This document shows, piece by piece, positions 39,916-53,603 of a DNA stretch of 64,000 bases. A program made the translations under genes and the position numbers. Location of the stretch: NCBI GenBank assembly GCA_951406725.2, contig OX597820.1, forward strand, positions 93,992,001-94,056,000. Direction: 5' to 3'. The notes beneath the pieces are model-generated. The model searched no databases, was not told the DNA's origin, and worked only from the letters and a program-made list of their open reading frames with translations. The first letter of the stretch is position 1. Each line of letters starts with the position of its first letter. The DNA comes from Octopus vulgaris. Taxonomy: Eukaryota.

Positions 39916-40462
39916 TTGTTTGAAAGTGTACATTATAAACAGCCATTGTGTTCACGTACACAATGGCCGTGAGGTATATAAATACACACACACACACATA
40001 CACACACACACACACACACGCACACACTAGGTAAGACAGTCATATGCGCGTACATCGGTTGCGAGTATGCATATACACACTCACTGCTTACTTACCTAGA
40101 CGAACACACAAACACAATATTTGCCTGCCTAGATTAGCACACACACACACACATATACATGCATATATGAATCGTACACAAACTCTCTTACGCGCGCTTT
40201 CAGAAACCGTACACGAATCTACTATTCTTTCTTACACCAATACTCAAATTTATGCACCGGATGCACACGCACTACTCGTACACGTATACACACAAGGAAA
40301 ACACATACCTACCAACATCCGCTTCCTCCATACACTCGTTCCAACTTTCACTCGCATAAATAGCGTACATACACACAAACAGACTAAAATAAGCACCCTT
40401 CATGCACCAAGCTTACTTCCTACTACACACTCAAACAACATCCATTCAAACACACGCACACA

Positions 40463-40507
<45 letters not shown>

Positions 40508-40659
40508 CTAATCCGCTGCATGTCCATCCCCAAACAGAAGCACTACTGTACAGATATTGAAGTACCCTTCCATAAAACTGCATGTACTTACACTGAAGTA
40601 CAGTGGCAATTCTTTCCCTTAATTATGTATAAGCTGAACGTTTATATAGCAACCGCCTA

Positions 40660-41080
40660 ATTATTCGGATAAAGTGAAATAGCAATGTAGCAGCCATTCA
40701 GAAAAGGCAAAGCATCTATGCAACAGTCACTCGGATAAGACTACGATAAGACTACGAGGTGCAGGAATCATTTAGATAAGGCGAAGTGTTAGCCTAGCAC
40801 ACTCCCAGATAAGTCGAGGCAGATATACAGCAATTGTCTAAAACTTCGAGGCATATTAAGCAGTAATCATGTTTATAAGGCAAGGGTTCTATGTTGCAAG
40901 CGGAATGTACATGTAACGATTGACTAGTAAAGTGAGTTACTTATGGAGCAATCACTAGTACAAGGTGAGACGTACACGCGCCAGTCACCTAGATAGGATA
41001 TGACATCAATGTAGCGGTGACCTACATGAGACATGACGTCTGTGTAGCAGTTACTTAGATAAGAAGAGATAGTAATCAAC
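40660..41080. repeat. Decayed 33-bp tandem repeat (about 11-12 units)
   Basis: Unit starts at 40686 and 40719, and at 40944, 40977, 41010 and 41043; consensus ~TGTAGCAGTCACCTAGATAAGGCGAGACATCTA. Confidence 0.8.
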
Positions 41081-41475
41081 TAAAGTTGTCTCTTTGGGAT
41101 TGACTTAAGGCTTGACACTAATATAGGAATCATACAAGCATGGCAGTCAATTTATCAACGTTTTATTCATCCTAGGACTCGAAGAAGGTAGTCATTCAAA
41201 GGCTCAATAACTTGCAGTAGCTCGTAGAACCTAACTGTCGATCAACCAGACAAGATATGGTCTACACATTAGTTCCTCAGAGAAATAGGATAACGATATT
41301 GATCACCCAAGGGAAATGAAGACACTTGGCATCAATTACATAAATGTTTGTATCATATAAAGATACACATCACGAAAGGTTAATCGAAGATGGCGGCATT
41401 CACCATAAAATGATTGAAATTGAGCTTGGGTATAAAAGACTGGGTTTGAGAATAACAAACCAGAAATATTCTAAA

Positions 41476-41537
41476 ATGGAAGAGCAACCGGAGAAAGAGA
41501 TGGTTATTACTAGAGAGAGGAATGAGGAGTTTGCTGG
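41476..41537 (+). CDS. Candidate short coding exon (MEEQPEKEMVITRERNEEFAG)
   Basis: AAAATGG start context, donor GG|GTGAGT, upstream TATAAAA 41431 and AAGATGGCGGC 41387; no recognisable homology. Confidence 0.3.
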
Positions 41538-44021
41538 GTGAGTATATAAGTGGAATCTAAACGTTACACCATATTTGGTTCAGCTCGATTTTGATTGGCT
41601 GACAAGAGAAATGTGTAAGGAACACGGAACAGTAATTTATATATCAAATGGATATCAAAGACACACAATATTTATAAAATATATATAAAACTATATCAAA
41701 CGCAGAAAACTCTGCATGAAATACACACACAATATCTAAGAGACATATGCAAATGTTATGAAACATACACACTATATACATCCAAATATATACAGACTAC
41801 AACTGTGATGATAATCAGTTGAACCAGACGTCATTGTTGGATCGTGTATATATTTAAATTATGACTCAAGTTCTGTCGTGGTCGATAAAATAAGTGGCAG
41901 TTGATTATACAAAAAGAAATCATTAGATCGTATCTAAATGTTATGAAATATTTAACCTTACATTCATCATACTTTACTGTCATAACTAGCCGTGGCTGAT
42001 GTTGCGTAGACATTTGCTGTTGCCTAGGCATACGGTATCAACTAGTCGGTGTAACTGTTGTTTGTCATTCACAGCTTTCCACAGCTCATCTCTTTGAAGG
42101 AACTGCAATGCTGACTCAAGTGGAGATCAAAACTAGGCGTTTGCTATCAGAAATACTATCAGGCGCTTACCGCTCTTTACTACTAAGGGAATGTGATCTA
42201 CAGCACTTCTTTAGTAGCATTTTGTAGAGGACTACTAGTAGCGAAGAGTGAAAAAATTCTCCAGAAAACTCTGGACATCGACAAGAATCAACAAGCTGGT
42301 CTCATCTAAAGTACTGGGCCCGACAGAATCGACTGTTCCTTCGCTTCAAATCTGCGGACTTGTTAAAAACCATTTGAGATAATGGTGGATCGTTGATCGA
42401 AGTACCATCCTCTAATTAGTATCGTCTGCCTCATCCCCACCAATCCAACACTTCAGGAATTGACTTTGTGTTAAATTCCTTTCGACTGTTGATGAAAATA
42501 AATACCGGTAATACAAGGGATCCTATACATTATACAAATTCCTTTCGCTTCAGTTATTGGCCATGTGCATTGTAGAAACAGATCATTATTTTAAATAGAT
42601 AAATTTCAGAAGTAGGTATACATCATTCGAATATTTTATTTATTTATTCACTTATTTATTACATTCCACCGAATAATTCACCATTTATTCTTTATAGCAG
42701 AACAAATACGAGATCAGCAACGTTCATGGAATATTTCGAAACTTCAGTCTCAGATTTAAAGGTCGATATCATGATTCTTCTTTACAGTTGCCTTCAAGAA
42801 TAATAACATTAATGGCCGATACTAACGTGAGAATGCATGCTTTGAATCAGACTACAATTTTTTTCCTTCGGTGCATGTTAAAATATAACTTAATTATCTT
42901 ACATGTTCCGAAGACTTATAACAAAACTACAAATTGCTCCGCTAAAATGATCCCTAGGTCATGTAGTGGTGATAGAGATGATGATAAAGCAGACAAGAGT
43001 GTTAATTCAACCACCCACCAAACAAGAATATATTTTCTAACACGCTTTCACAGTTTTGTCTACCAACTTTTATTCAGAAAACTTTAGTTCAGCCTATGGT
43101 AGACCTTCAGGTGGGCTAAAGTTGAGGCTAAAGGCTTAACCAAATGGTTACGTGATTAAGACGTTCGTTTCGTAGATATGTTACTTCAAGTTCATTTCCA
43201 CTGCACGCATTTTGATCTGCTTCTGCTAGCAGCTCTCTGAATTTTTAACTGGATTTTGTCTCTCTTCTTCCATGTACGACCAATATAGGAATGGATCAAA
43301 TGATAGTTGTAAAAGCGAAGTTGTTGTTACTCTTCCTGACCGCCTTGCTTTGAAATATCTAAGCAGCTTCAATGATGTTAAAGTTACTCCTAGTATAACA
43401 TAATCACAAATTATGTTTGCTTTTTCAACATCTTTACTGCAGCGCCATCAAACAAGCTTGCTTTATATTATTATGGTAAAAGAGAACTAGTTTCGTTTGA
43501 AAAGCCAAGAATCAATCAAAGTGGAAACAATATTAGTGGGGATGGTGATGTTGATGTTGGTGTTGGTGGTGGTGGTGGTGGTGGTGGTGTTGAAGGTGAT
43601 GATGATTGTCTGGAAGATGGTTATAATAAAGAAAGAGAAGGAGAAAGAGAGAAAGAAAAAGGATAAAAGAAAATTGCAAGAAAAAAAAATCGAACGAAAA
43701 GAGAGAGAAAAAAAACGAAAAGCCGAAGATAAAAAAATAATTCTTTTTTTTTTATCTAGAGAGAAAAAGAAAGAGTGAAGAGAAATACAACAAAACAAAA
43801 CAAAATGAAAGAATGAATGAATGAATGAATGAATGAAAGAAGGAAGGATGGAGAAAAAAGGCTAGAAAAATGAATGTGGTTTGAAAAGAATGGAGAATGT
43901 GTTGTAACAATATATAGAGGTCAGATGGTGAAAAGACAATAATACATTGAGGTCAACAACTGATGATAATATATATATTGTGAAGTCAGTTTGATATAGA
44001 CTTTAGTATAGTATATTATAT

Positions 44022-44067
<46 letters not shown>

Positions 44068-44159
44068 TTTAATATCTAACTACTGGCTGGCTGGATGGTT
44101 GGTGGCTGAGTATTGTAGTAGTGATAGGTGGTGAAATGGTTAATAATACTAGCTACCGT

Positions 44160-45250
44160 GCTAGTTGGGTGGTGGTGGTGGTAATAGGGGCGATGGTGGT
44201 GGTGGTGGTGGTAATAATGGTTGTACTGTCGGTGGTGGTGATGAACTAGTTATTATTACAAGCTATTGTGCTGGTGGTGGTGGTGGTGGTGGTGGTTCAG
44301 TGGTGGTTGTTACGGAATTGGTGTTATTGGTGTTTATAATTGTGACGATGATGGTAGTAAAATATTACTAGCTACTGTAGAGGTAGTGGTGGCGGCGGCG
44401 GCGATGGTATTGGTCGTTGTCGTGATGGTGGTAGTAGCCATCGTCATGGTGATGATAGTGGTGGTGGTACTGAGGTGGGTGTATTTGCATTGGTGGCAAA
44501 CCGGTGGTTATATTTGTGTTGATAGCGATGACGATGGTGGTGGTGGTGGTGGTGGTGGTGGTGGTAGTGAAATGGTTAGTAATACTAGCAACCATATTAA
44601 TGGTGGTGGTTGTGGTGGTGGTGGTGATGGTGTTGTATTAGTGATACTCGAGACGGTGGTGGTGGTGGTGGTATTGTTACTGCTGTTGAATGGGGGTTAT
44701 AATAGAGATATTGGTATGGCGGTGGTGATGGTAGTGGTGGTAGTAATGATAATGATGGTTGTGATATTGGTGATGGTGGTGATGGATGTGATGGTGACAG
44801 TTGTGTTGATGGTAGTGGTTGTGATGGTGGAGGTGGTGCATGCAAGAGAGGGTGGTGTGCCTTGTCCATGGCATAGTAGTGGTGCCATCGGGGCTGAGGC
44901 ACATTGTGGTGATGCCAATGCTGATGGGTTGTGTAAGTGGTATGGTGAGTGTATGTGTGAGTGGGGGAATTAATAATGCTGCTGATATTCTTGGTGGTAG
45001 TGGTGGTAGTGGTGGTAGTGGTATGGTTTGGGGTTGATTATGTAGTTGGTGTTGTGGTGGCGGTAAAAATGGTTTTGTTGATATTCGGCGGTGATGTGGC
45101 TTTGATGCAGTAATGGGGATGTTTGCTTTGTTGTGTTATGATGCAGGTGATGGTGACGATAGTGCAGGTGACGATGATGATGATGATGATGATGCAGGTG
45201 GCGGTGGGTGGTGGTAATTGTTGTGCTTGTCAGTAGCACTGGTGACTGCA
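44160..45250. repeat. Degenerate (GGT/GAT)n tract
   Basis: Direct reading. Confidence 0.85.
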
Positions 45251-45599
45251 TTAATAAAAGCTATCGATAATTCCTTCAGAATTCTTGGAACAAATTCTAT
45301 AGAAAAGAAAAGATAAGATTGGGTTTAGTTAATCAGGATTACATGTAGTAGGGTGGGTCCATTCATTTGTCTATCTATCTATCTATCTATCTATATATCT
45401 ATCTATATATCTGTCTGTCTGTCTGTCTGTCTGTCTGCCTGCCCATCCATCTGTCTGTCTATCTATCTACCTATCTATCCACAAATCTCTCTCTCTAGCT
45501 CTCTCTTTCTCTAGCTCTATCTTTCTCTAGCTCTATCTTAGTACACACACACACGCACGTATACACACCCATACATTTATAAGGAGAGAAACAGGCACA

Positions 45600-46469
45600 C
45601 AGACAGGCAGAAAGAAAGAAGATGATACTGACAGAAAAAAAGAAACAAGGAAAAGAATGAGAAAAATTAAAAGAAACAAGGAAAACAAATAAGGAAAAGA
45701 AAACGAAATAGGTAGAAGAAAGAGAAAGGAAGGAAATAGAAACAGGAAAGAAGGGGAGAGAGAGAATACAAGAGAGAAGAGAGGATCCACATAAGCAAGA
45801 GAGGTGAGAAAGGAAAAGAATCAATTATGAGTGGAAACCGGTAGAGAATGAGAAAAAATAAGATGTATTAAAATGATAAAACGCTGCAAATAAGAAAATG
45901 AGAAAGATATGGGGAAAAAAGAAAAAATCAGATGAAATAATGAAGGGTGTGAAGGAAAAAGAGAGGAAAGGTATATAATGAAGAAGAAACGAAAAAATGA
46001 ATGAAGAGAAAAAGCCGGAAGAATGAAAAAAATAAGGAATGAATCGATAGGAAATAATGAAGAACAGAGACGAAAGAATGAAAGCAACAGAGATGAAAGA
46101 ATGAAAGCAACTGAAACGAAAGAATGAAGGAATACTTGTAGTAGGGTGGGTCCATCTATCCATCTGTCTATCTACCTATCTGTCTGTCAGTCTGTCTGTC
46201 TATCCATCTTTCTATCTACCTATCTATCCATAAATCTCGCTCTCTCTTTCTCTAAGGAAAAAAAACGAAGGTAAGGAAGAAAATTTAAAAAAGGAAAACA
46301 ATACAAGTACGACAAAAAAAAAATCGATAGCTAATCGAAGAATCGCTCCGTTAATATTTCCAGCGCTACAAAAGACATTTGGAACGGGACAGACTGGTGA
46401 AGGAAAACTGGAGGTATGGCAAGGCACGTGACTGACGATAGCAGACGATAGATGGATCCAGACAAGAGA

Positions 46470-46539
<70 letters not shown>

Positions 46540-47106
46540 TGAGTGTAGTGTGAGAAGAAATATAAAAAGAGGAAGAGTTTGGCGGAGAAAAATATGTACA
46601 CAGTAAAGGGAGTTAGAGAAAAGAAAAATGGTGGCAAATGTGTGAGGTGGAAGAGAAATATCGTCTGAGAAAGAGGACAGAAAATGCTTATAGAAGAATG
46701 AGTGAGTTTGGGAGAAAGAAGAAGAGAGGGAACGAATAACCAGGGTATGATAGAGCCATGAAGGAGAGAGAGAGAGGGAGAGAGAGAGAGACAGAGAGAG
46801 AGAGGGGGAGGGAGAGAGAGCAATGTGAATGACTAAAAACTGGAGGAATGGCAGGAAGAGAGAGAAGGAAATAGTGGAAGAGAGATGAGTACGGCAAGGA
46901 ATACGAAGAGAGAAGAGGAAGGCGAAAAGGATTTGGATGAAAATGGGAGAAAGAGAAGATGTGACTATGGCTAGAAGTAGAAGGAATAGAGTGAAATAGA
47001 GAAAAAGAAGAAAATGGCTACATGTCGGAGGAAGGAAGGAAAATGTGAAGGAGGGAAAACGGAGAATGACGGAAGGAAGAAGTAGGAGAAAGCAAGAGTG
47101 TTGGAT

Positions 47107-47182
<76 letters not shown>

Positions 47183-47183
47183 G

Positions 47184-47224
<41 letters not shown>

Positions 47225-47520
47225 AAAATAGCAAGAATAGGTAACAGACAATAAAAAAAATTAAAAACCAACAAACCAGGCACAAAGTAGCAGAAAGAGG
47301 AAAACGGGAAGATGTCGGTAGAGAGAGAAGAATGTGGGAAATGTAGTAGTTGCAATAGAAAGGGGGAAAAGAAAAAGGGTTAGAGTTATAAAAGAAAATA
47401 TTAAAACGAAGCGAGAGAGGTGAAAGAAGAATGAGGAAAAGAAAAAAGACAAAATATAGAGGAAGTGGGAGATAGGTATCATTGTTGGTGTGAGATGATG
47501 TGGAGAATGGAGGGGGAAAA
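45600..47520. repeat. Purine-rich low-complexity region with (GA)n and (GATA)n
   Basis: Strong A/G bias on the + strand. Confidence 0.85.
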
Positions 47521-47692
47521 GCAGACGACACAGTACAAGTTCAATTTATGATTTATAAGTGAGCCGTAATATATATATATATATATATATGTAGGTCCCG
47601 GGTTGATTCGGGGTTAACCACAGTAAGTAAGGTACTCAATACATAGCAGAGTAAAATTAATTTGAAGATTATATAGAAGGAGCTCCTTCATA

Positions 47693-47760
<68 letters not shown>

Positions 47761-48000
47761 TTGGATTAACAGACGAAACGTGTGTGGACAAAACGTTTTC
47801 CAATGGAAAGAAGACAGAGGGAACATATAGTTAGAAAAAGAAAGTAAAGTGAAAAATAAAAAAATAAAAATTTCGAAGGAAAGAATAAAAGAAAAATAAG
47901 TAGGAAGGAAACGAAATGAAAGCAAGGCACCAGAGGTGAGGTGGTGGGGAGGAAGGAGAAAGAGAGGAAAGCGAATAAGACGAATAGGAAGAGGAAAAAA

Positions 48001-48016
48001 AATAATAATAATAATG

Positions 48017-48096
<80 letters not shown>

Positions 48097-48160
48097 AAGA
48101 AGAAGAAGAAGAAGAAGAAAAGGAAAAAGAGAAGAAAGACGAGGAGGAGGAGGAGGAGGA
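48001..48160. repeat. (AAT)n(AAG)n(GAG)n compound microsatellite
   Basis: Direct reading. Confidence 0.95.
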
Positions 48161-51100
48161 AAAGGTGGAGACCAATCGGATGCAGATTCGAATATTAACA
48201 CCAGTTACAGGTTGACTAATGACGAGATGGATACGTAACCCAGAAGACATATCTACCTCCTGAAATGACCTGTTCATTGAGTTTCTGGTGCATGGCTGTT
48301 TGCTTATGTGTTAACAACAACAGGTTTGACAGCACTGGTGCATAAACATTTATTACAATACAACAGCACACGCTTCAGTGAAAACTGATAGGTTCAATAG
48401 ATGAACAAGGGGAAAGAAAAAAGAAAGAGAATAAGAAGTTTTACAAAATACGAAGAACAAAGACTAGAAAAAAGAAAGAAATATATATATAAAGAAAGCA
48501 AAATAAAAGAACTTTGCATGTATTTGAACACGGTTTCTGAGCGATCGAAATGTATTGACAGAAAGAATTAAGCCAAACTAGAAACAACTAACTGATGCAT
48601 GTTCCACCTCGCTTGCATATCCGAACGTGCATAAATAATGCTGATGTGCAAGTCAGTAAAATATATAAGATGCACGAACATTCGATTTGTGTTGGATCGA
48701 AGGGAGGTGTACAGTGATTGTAGAAGCAAACCATCTTCATAGTACACTTCACATAATACTTAATGGTCTTAGTGTGCGTTGGGTGTGAAATAAGTTCATG
48801 TAAAACCACTTTTCCGAAGGGTTAAATTAAACATTTGTATATTTTCCTGCCATATTTATAATCCAAAGCACCACTAAATTTCCAGGTGGATTGAAGCAGA
48901 ATTATGATAATCTATCTCTTTTTAATTTACGTAGTTTTAGCATCAGTGAGTAACTCCTCGCTTCTCACATTAGAAAACTTAGTTGTTGTTACCTACTCCA
49001 GTTAAGTCTATGTAAAAATAAATGAATAATTAATGAATTAAAATTAACTAACTAATCAATTAAGCGCTACTCTTCCATCTGTTTTATTCTTGTCCTTGTA
49101 ACAGCTCTGTGGTCAAAGTGACCTGTAACGAGGTTTAACCGGTTATAGCACGCTACATACAAGAGTATTTAAGGTTTAACTTTTCACTCAGCCGTACGGC
49201 AATTGCCATCAGCCAGCAAAGTCACTCGGCATATTAGAGGGAAAAAAAGTAGCTAAATTTCCCTCAAATTACATTTTACTATCATCAATTTGAGTTTTCG
49301 TGTCTATCACCTACAGATATGCATGTGGAACAATGACCGAAATTGTTGGGAAAATAAAACTTTCGAAAACTTAAGTAAAATTGTTACCCATATAACAACA
49401 AATAAACCATATTCTGCAAAACTAATGAGTCTGATACATAAACCATACATATACCACTCTTTCTCACCGACAAACTATGCATTTAAAACAAAAGACCAGA
49501 ATAATATCACAAGACACGATTATTCATATTTTTAAAGAATCTTTCTATTTGATGGCATAACTAACGTATATAGGTTTTCAAATGATTAGAATAGTCGAGG
49601 AAATTGTGGTAATTATTTCTACAAGTCAAGTTTAACCACGCAGCTGAACATAAATGAGCAGACTAGGGAAATGCTTTTCTTGTGGAAGCCTGGCAGTTAC
49701 TCATACATATAAGTTTCCTCTTTCCACGCTACCAATGTGAATCCAAGAAAAAGACCACTGACTCAGCTTGGCACTAATGTCGCCGCAGACTTGCTATCAG
49801 AATGCAAAGAGCCTAATTACATACCACAAAACATCTAGTCCGGACTTCAAAAAGTTCTCCTAAACCATTGCGCTAGCACGCACCACACATTGTAGAGAAA
49901 GCATATTTGCTGTAGAGATATTTTCTTTAAACTGTGGAATATTTCCTCAGGAAAAAATATCAAATGTTAATTTTATTAAATTTTTGGAAAATTGTTTGTT
50001 TTTTTGTGCTATTGAAATATTTAAATAGAGAGGTAGGGGCTCATGGAGGAATATTGATTTATAAAAATGGGTCACAATGAAGAATTGTTCGGAACTGATG
50101 GCGGAGAGAGAGGCTTTTGAGTATTTGGTTTTTATAGTAGGTGAGAAGTATGTAAATGATGATGATGTTTGTTGTTTCATTTGTTTTCACATCACTGAAA
50201 TTTAATTTTAAAAAAAATGCTATTGACGTTATGTATTTACTTTATTTTACAACAGTTAGGTCAAGTTTTAGTTTACTATTAGGGTGCATAGCTAAGATGT
50301 TTCATTTTTTAAATTTTGCGTCATAGTTCGACATCATTATAGTTACCTTGAGATTAGTGCATTGACAGAGTCGGTGGAACGTCGGACAAATTGCTCTACA
50401 ATATTCAGTTACACTTTTTTAGTTAGGATTCGAATCCCGCTGAGGTCATCGTTATGGGTTCGCTAATGAAAAGAACTAGTTAAGCACAGTAGCCCAAATA
50501 CTGATGATAATGATAATAAATCTCTATTAACGTTTGATATGTGCCAATGTTAAAAACCCTTATACAACTACTGTAATCTTTTGAGAGCATTTCTACATAC
50601 GTTAGTTATGCTATCAACTAGCAATTTACAATCTAATTTTGGGGTGTGTAGTGTGATGATATAACAGCACTTTGTTGTAAATGCATAGTCTGTCAATGAG
50701 AAAGTGTGCTACACGTATGGCTAATGTATCGGAACCATTAATTTTGTAACTTTCATCTTAATATTTGAATTTGGAAATTACATAGTCGTTTGAAGTTAAT
50801 TCAGTGGATAAAAGTCTGACGTAACGAAAGTAAAACAGACGCAACAGCACTCTCATGATTCTCACCTAGAACGTAAAAGATCAATAACAATCGTCTGTAA
50901 AATCATTAAATCCAAAAGATAGGACACGGAAGATCATGAAATGTCGATTACCTTAGGAAATTTAGTGTTCGAAACGGAAATGTGTGCATTCCTTAGTAAG
51001 ATAAAGTTAAAACTATGATAAGTCGTATTTTCAATTAAACTTGTCGAAGCCTATTTTATTAACATACGTATATACAAAGACGAGCTGTGATCGATTACAT

Positions 51101-51416
51101 ATTTCACATGCTTGTAATGTGCTCTCGCGCAAACCAAAAATTACATACTTGCAGCTTTGAAGGGTATATGAGAGACAAAGGTTCATATGGAAAAAAAAAA
51201 GGTACTAATATTGAGTGAGAAAGACATGAATATTTTTGTTGGTCTCCAGATCAAATATTATCACAGGACACAAGTTATATTTTTAAATACACCTTTCTAT
51301 TTGATAACATAACGGACATGTATAGAATACTTTCAAAAGATTATAGTCGAGGAAGTTGTAAGGATTTCTACAACGGCCGTCATCAGTCAAGTTTGAACAT
51401 GCATCTCGACATACAC

Positions 51417-51625
51417 TCTTTTACTCTTTTACTTGTTTCAGTAATTTGACTGCGGCCATGCTGGAGCACCACCTTTAGTTGAACAAATCGACCCCAGAGC
51501 CTATTCTTTGTAAGCCTAGTACTTATTCTATCGGTCACTTTTGCCGAACTTTTAGGTTACAGGGACGTCAACACACTAGCATCAATTTCAGGCGATGTTG
51601 GGGGAACAAACACAGACGCACAGAC
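51417..51625 (-). mobile_element. CORE-type SINE 3' half
   Basis: Reverse complement of the 54060-54262 block, with a (CTCTTTTA)2 tail. Confidence 0.85.
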
Positions 51626-52182
51626 ATATACACACACATACATATACACATATATACATGAACAGAATAGGGAATAATTTTTAATACCACCTATACACCG
51701 TGGTAAGGGATTTTGCGCCTACACAGCTAGTTTGTAGATATAAGGAAACGAAAGACTGTCAGAAGAACAATATGAATCATACAGGTACCATATATAGTTA
51801 TATGGCTGTTTTAATTTTACCCTGACAGAACTTGAACCAAGAAAAGACACACACACAATAAATATTGGCGAATTTGATGCCAAGGTGAGACCAAAAGCTG
51901 GTAATCAAGAAAAAAAAGTCAATGGGAAATTTTAGAATGACAACAGGAAAAACAAGGGTGTAATACTATTTATATTTGGAGATTACAGATACTTAAAAAT
52001 CATGAACACATTCTTTAAGACAAAACTGAATCGATTGTGGAAATGAAAATTTGAAATGGAGAAACAAACATGGAATAGACTTTATACTAACAAAGGAATA
52101 GAGCATAGTGAAAGATGTGAAAATTCCTTTATAGTTTAGCACGAGAATGACCATTCTCTCATATTAATATTAATTCTGTCTT

Positions 52183-52392
52183 AGGCGGCGAGCAGAAACG
52201 TTAGCACGCCGGGCGAAATGCATAGCGGTATTTCGTCTGTCTTTATGTTCTCAGTTCAAATTCCGCCTAGGTCGACTTTGACTTTCAACCTTTCGAGGCT
52301 TATAAATTAAATACCAGTTTGGTACTGAGGTCGATCTAATCGACTGGTCTCCCTCCTCAAAATTTCGGATCTTGTACCTAGAGTAGAAAAGA
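52183..52392 (+). mobile_element. Meta-domain SINE, tail B
   Basis: Full head and core; TSD AATATTAATYCTGTCT. Confidence 0.85.
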
Positions 52393-52404
52393 ATATTAAT
52401 CCTG

Positions 52405-52790
52405 TCTACTCCACGCAAAAGGCCTGCAATTTTAGGGAGAGGATAATTACATCGACTCCAGTACTTGACTGGTACTTGTTTTATCGATTCTGAATGGATG
52501 AAAGACAAAGTCGACCGCGGTGGAATTTGAACTCGGAACGTAAAGACTGACGAAATACCTATTTCTTTACTACCCACAAGGGGCTAAACTCAGAATGGAC
52601 AAACAAGAACAGACAAATGCATTAAGTCGATTACATCGACCCCAGTGCGTAACTGGTACTTATTTAATCGACCCCGAAAGGATGAAAGGCGAAGTCGACC
52701 TCGGCGGAATTTGAACTCACAACGTAACGACAGACGAAATACCGCTAAGCATTTCTCCCGGCGTGCTAACGATTCTGCCAGGTCGTCGAC
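52405..52790 (-). mobile_element. Dimeric Meta-domain SINE
   Basis: Tail A unit followed by a headless tail B unit starting at GTATTTCGTC. Confidence 0.85.
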
Positions 52791-53349
52791 TTAAATATTT
52801 AAATATTATGCGTTAAATTAAGAAACAGCGACGAGTTAAAATTCTGTAAATAGTAATTATAAGCTTTAAGCTTAATAATACTAGAAAGAGTTAAATTAGT
52901 AACAAAAAGAAAAGCCCACAAGTGTATAAAGTCTTCCAAATGAATATAACAAAAACAAAAAAAAATAGAACTGAAACGTCAAGATTTAAGATATGAACTA
53001 GAAAAACCAAAATGTGGAACACATTGTGACAAGATGATCGACATTATTACAGACACAGGACTCAAGAGATTTGGAAGGAAGAAACATGCTGAAAAAGAGA
53101 ACATGTTTCAGAAAATAGTCGAGTTATCGAAGTGAAGGAGTAAAATGAAAAGAAGGCAGTATTCAGAAGATGGAATATGCAGACATTTGTAAAACAGTTA
53201 GGAAAGGCAAAAAGTGGAAATACAGAAATTTAATTTGCACAAAACTGAACAAGAGGTACATAGGTATAAATGCTTTGAAAGAGCATTATTTATGCTTCAG
53301 TGAACTTGTAAATTATATTACTCATAGAAGAATTCTATGAGGATTTATA

Positions 53350-53603
53350 AATAAATGCACCCTTTTAAAGCCTAGCCAGGTTCATGAGCCCGGCTTCCCG
53401 GTTTCAATGCCGTATGTGTTCCCCAGCTGGACGGAACGCCAGACCATCGCAGCGTTACTCATTTTTGCCAGCTGAGTGGACTGGAGCAACGTGAAATGAA
53501 GTGTTTTTCTCTAGAACACAACGCGTCGCCCGGTCCAGGAATCGAAGCCACAATATTACGATCATGATGCTGACACCCTAACCACTAAGCCACGCGCCTC
53601 CAC
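53350..53603 (-). mobile_element. tRNA-derived SINE (Nin-like core, tail Y), full length
   Basis: A box TGGCTTAGTGG, B box GCTTCGATTCC, core GTTGCTCCAGTCCACTCAGCTG; perfect TSD ATGAGGATTTATA at 53337-53349 and 53604-53616. Confidence 0.92.

Noticed and set aside
40660-41080. CRISPR-like periodicity
   Set aside because: Units are contiguous and divergent with no unique spacers or cas genes; eukaryotic context
42075-42380. Apparent second mariner HTH (LKELQC*LKWRSKLG...ALTALY) and LRFKSADLLKT resembling the 20-kb protein
   Set aside because: At DNA level the segment aligns to decayed Meta-SINE pieces (GCAA.G..GAC...GGA....AACT; AAGTACTGGG..CGA...AATCGACT) and contains stops, so the peptide match is probably chance
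44266-44973. 235-aa Val/Gly ORF and poly-His antisense ORFs
   Set aside because: Product of a degenerate (GGT)n tract; open in several frames on both strands
46224-48277. Hydrophobic Phe/Leu/Ser ORFs resembling membrane proteins
   Set aside because: Antisense reading of purine-rich low-complexity DNA
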